Part shown: positions 63,101 through 64,000 of the stretch, one piece after another
Numbering within the stretch: the stretch's first letter is position 1
How the letters are laid out: each line of letters opens with the position of its first letter
Assembly: GCA_964035545.1 (NCBI GenBank)
Contig: OZ037765.1
Coordinates: forward strand, 16,182,995-16,246,994
Length of the DNA: 64,000 bases
From: Bugula neritina
Lineage: Eukaryota; Animalia; Bryozoa
Direction of reading: 5' to 3'
Notes under the pieces: model-generated
Database searches by the model: none
Told to the model about the DNA's origin: nothing
What the model saw: the letters and a program-made list of their open reading frames with translations, nothing else
Translations under genes and position numbers: made by a program

Positions 63101-63622
63101 ATATCATAAAGAACAGGGAAATATATCATAATATAAGCAATGAAACGAAAAGAAACCTTTGTTTTTATTTTTGTCTCTTGGTATCTCTAACATGCAATAC
63201 ATAATAGATAGAAATTTTAAATCTATAAAGATGACAGTAATTTTTACCAAAAAGAGCATTTAAATTGACTTAGGAGGGTGCCATTTTACTGAACTTAGGC
63301 CTAGGCCCTGAAACTTATTTCTGTTAAAAATGCATCTGTCTAACCAAAGAAAACTACCAAAACATTAAAGAAATATTGGGAAAAATGACCAGCAAAGTAA
63401 CTACATAAATGTGATAGCATGTTGATACTGGAGTACAAAAAAACTATTCAACATAATATTAAGCTCGGCTATAATCTATACTACATTAGTTTTATAATCT
63501 CCACCTAAGAATTGAAAACAACAGCAATATTGTTGACACTTACGGCCTCTTGTAGTCACTGAAACCATATAATCCCATTTCCTCTTCAGGGTTGTGTCCA
63601 GCTTTCCGCTCATTTTCATCAA
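60145..63622 (-). CDS. Nrg: L1CAM-family/neuroglian cytoplasmic tail, last two exons (63622-63544, 60316-60145); gene continues beyond the window
   Basis: VDENERKAGHNPEEE..GFSDYKRP joins in phase to DQDPIKGS...DSEGMDEYGDIDPGRFNEDGSFIGQY, which contains the ankyrin-binding FIGQY motif of L1-type CAMs. Confidence 0.9.
60807..61015 (+). mobile_element. tRNA-derived SINE (degenerate)
   Basis: 60807-60880 has a tRNA-like layout: GCCC..GGGC ends, A-box-like TAGTGTAAATATGG and degenerate B-box GGTTGGACTC, followed by an unrelated body. Confidence 0.5.
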
Positions 63623-64000
63623 CTGAAAATTAAGCAAAAGACTTCATTTACTTGCATATTATCTAAAAAGTACTAGAAGTCTAATGATGGACATGAAAAA
63701 ATTCAGCAAGCTCTATTCGATGTGGGACTATCTACAAAGTTATTTGTTTTCTATTTCAAATTAATAAATATATAATATGTTTATCAATATGAATAAAGTC
63801 AAAACTTTTAGTGACCATCAGCAAGGTTTGAATTGCTGGACTGTGGTGTGTTATTTTAAGTATTAGAGTGATTTGTTTTCCTTTTAATAATCTACACAAT
63901 TATTGCTGCTACCACTTTCACTTAGCATACCACTTTTAGTTGCTAAGGAGGGTTTGTGTGCATTTCTCTACATAATCATCAGCCACTCCTAAATGTGTTC

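Overview
AT-rich, intron-containing genomic DNA from an invertebrate animal; the taxon cannot be fixed from the sequence alone. Six conserved spliced genes can be modelled by eye: SNX4 (+), CCDC28 (-), NSMCE2 (-), JAGN1 (+), EXT1 (+) and the 3' end of an L1CAM/neuroglian gene (-). There are also one or two poorly resolved orphan genes (7.4-15 kb, -) and an inverted duplicate pair of an orphan coiled-coil gene with one copy stopped (16-25 kb). Between the head-to-head NSMCE2 and JAGN1 lies a Ty3/Gypsy nest. An old degenerate element (29754-41747, -, TSD ATAT) has its 5' LTR split by a very young intact element (37160-41711, +, identical LTRs, single gag-pol ORF), and a related solo LTR follows. 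The most unusual signal is a third ORF in the old element, between pol and the 3' LTR. It is not env-like but looks like a nuclear protein: a C2H2 zinc finger plus a second atypical finger, KKKRR, and a C-terminal heptad coiled coil. A diverged homologue of its C-terminus, with the same pre-PPT motif, occurs independently at positions 1-545, so the ORF looks like a conserved family feature. LINE remnants, PIF/Harbinger- and hAT-type MITEs, a tRNA-derived SINE and simple repeats fill the introns. All calls are manual, without database searches.
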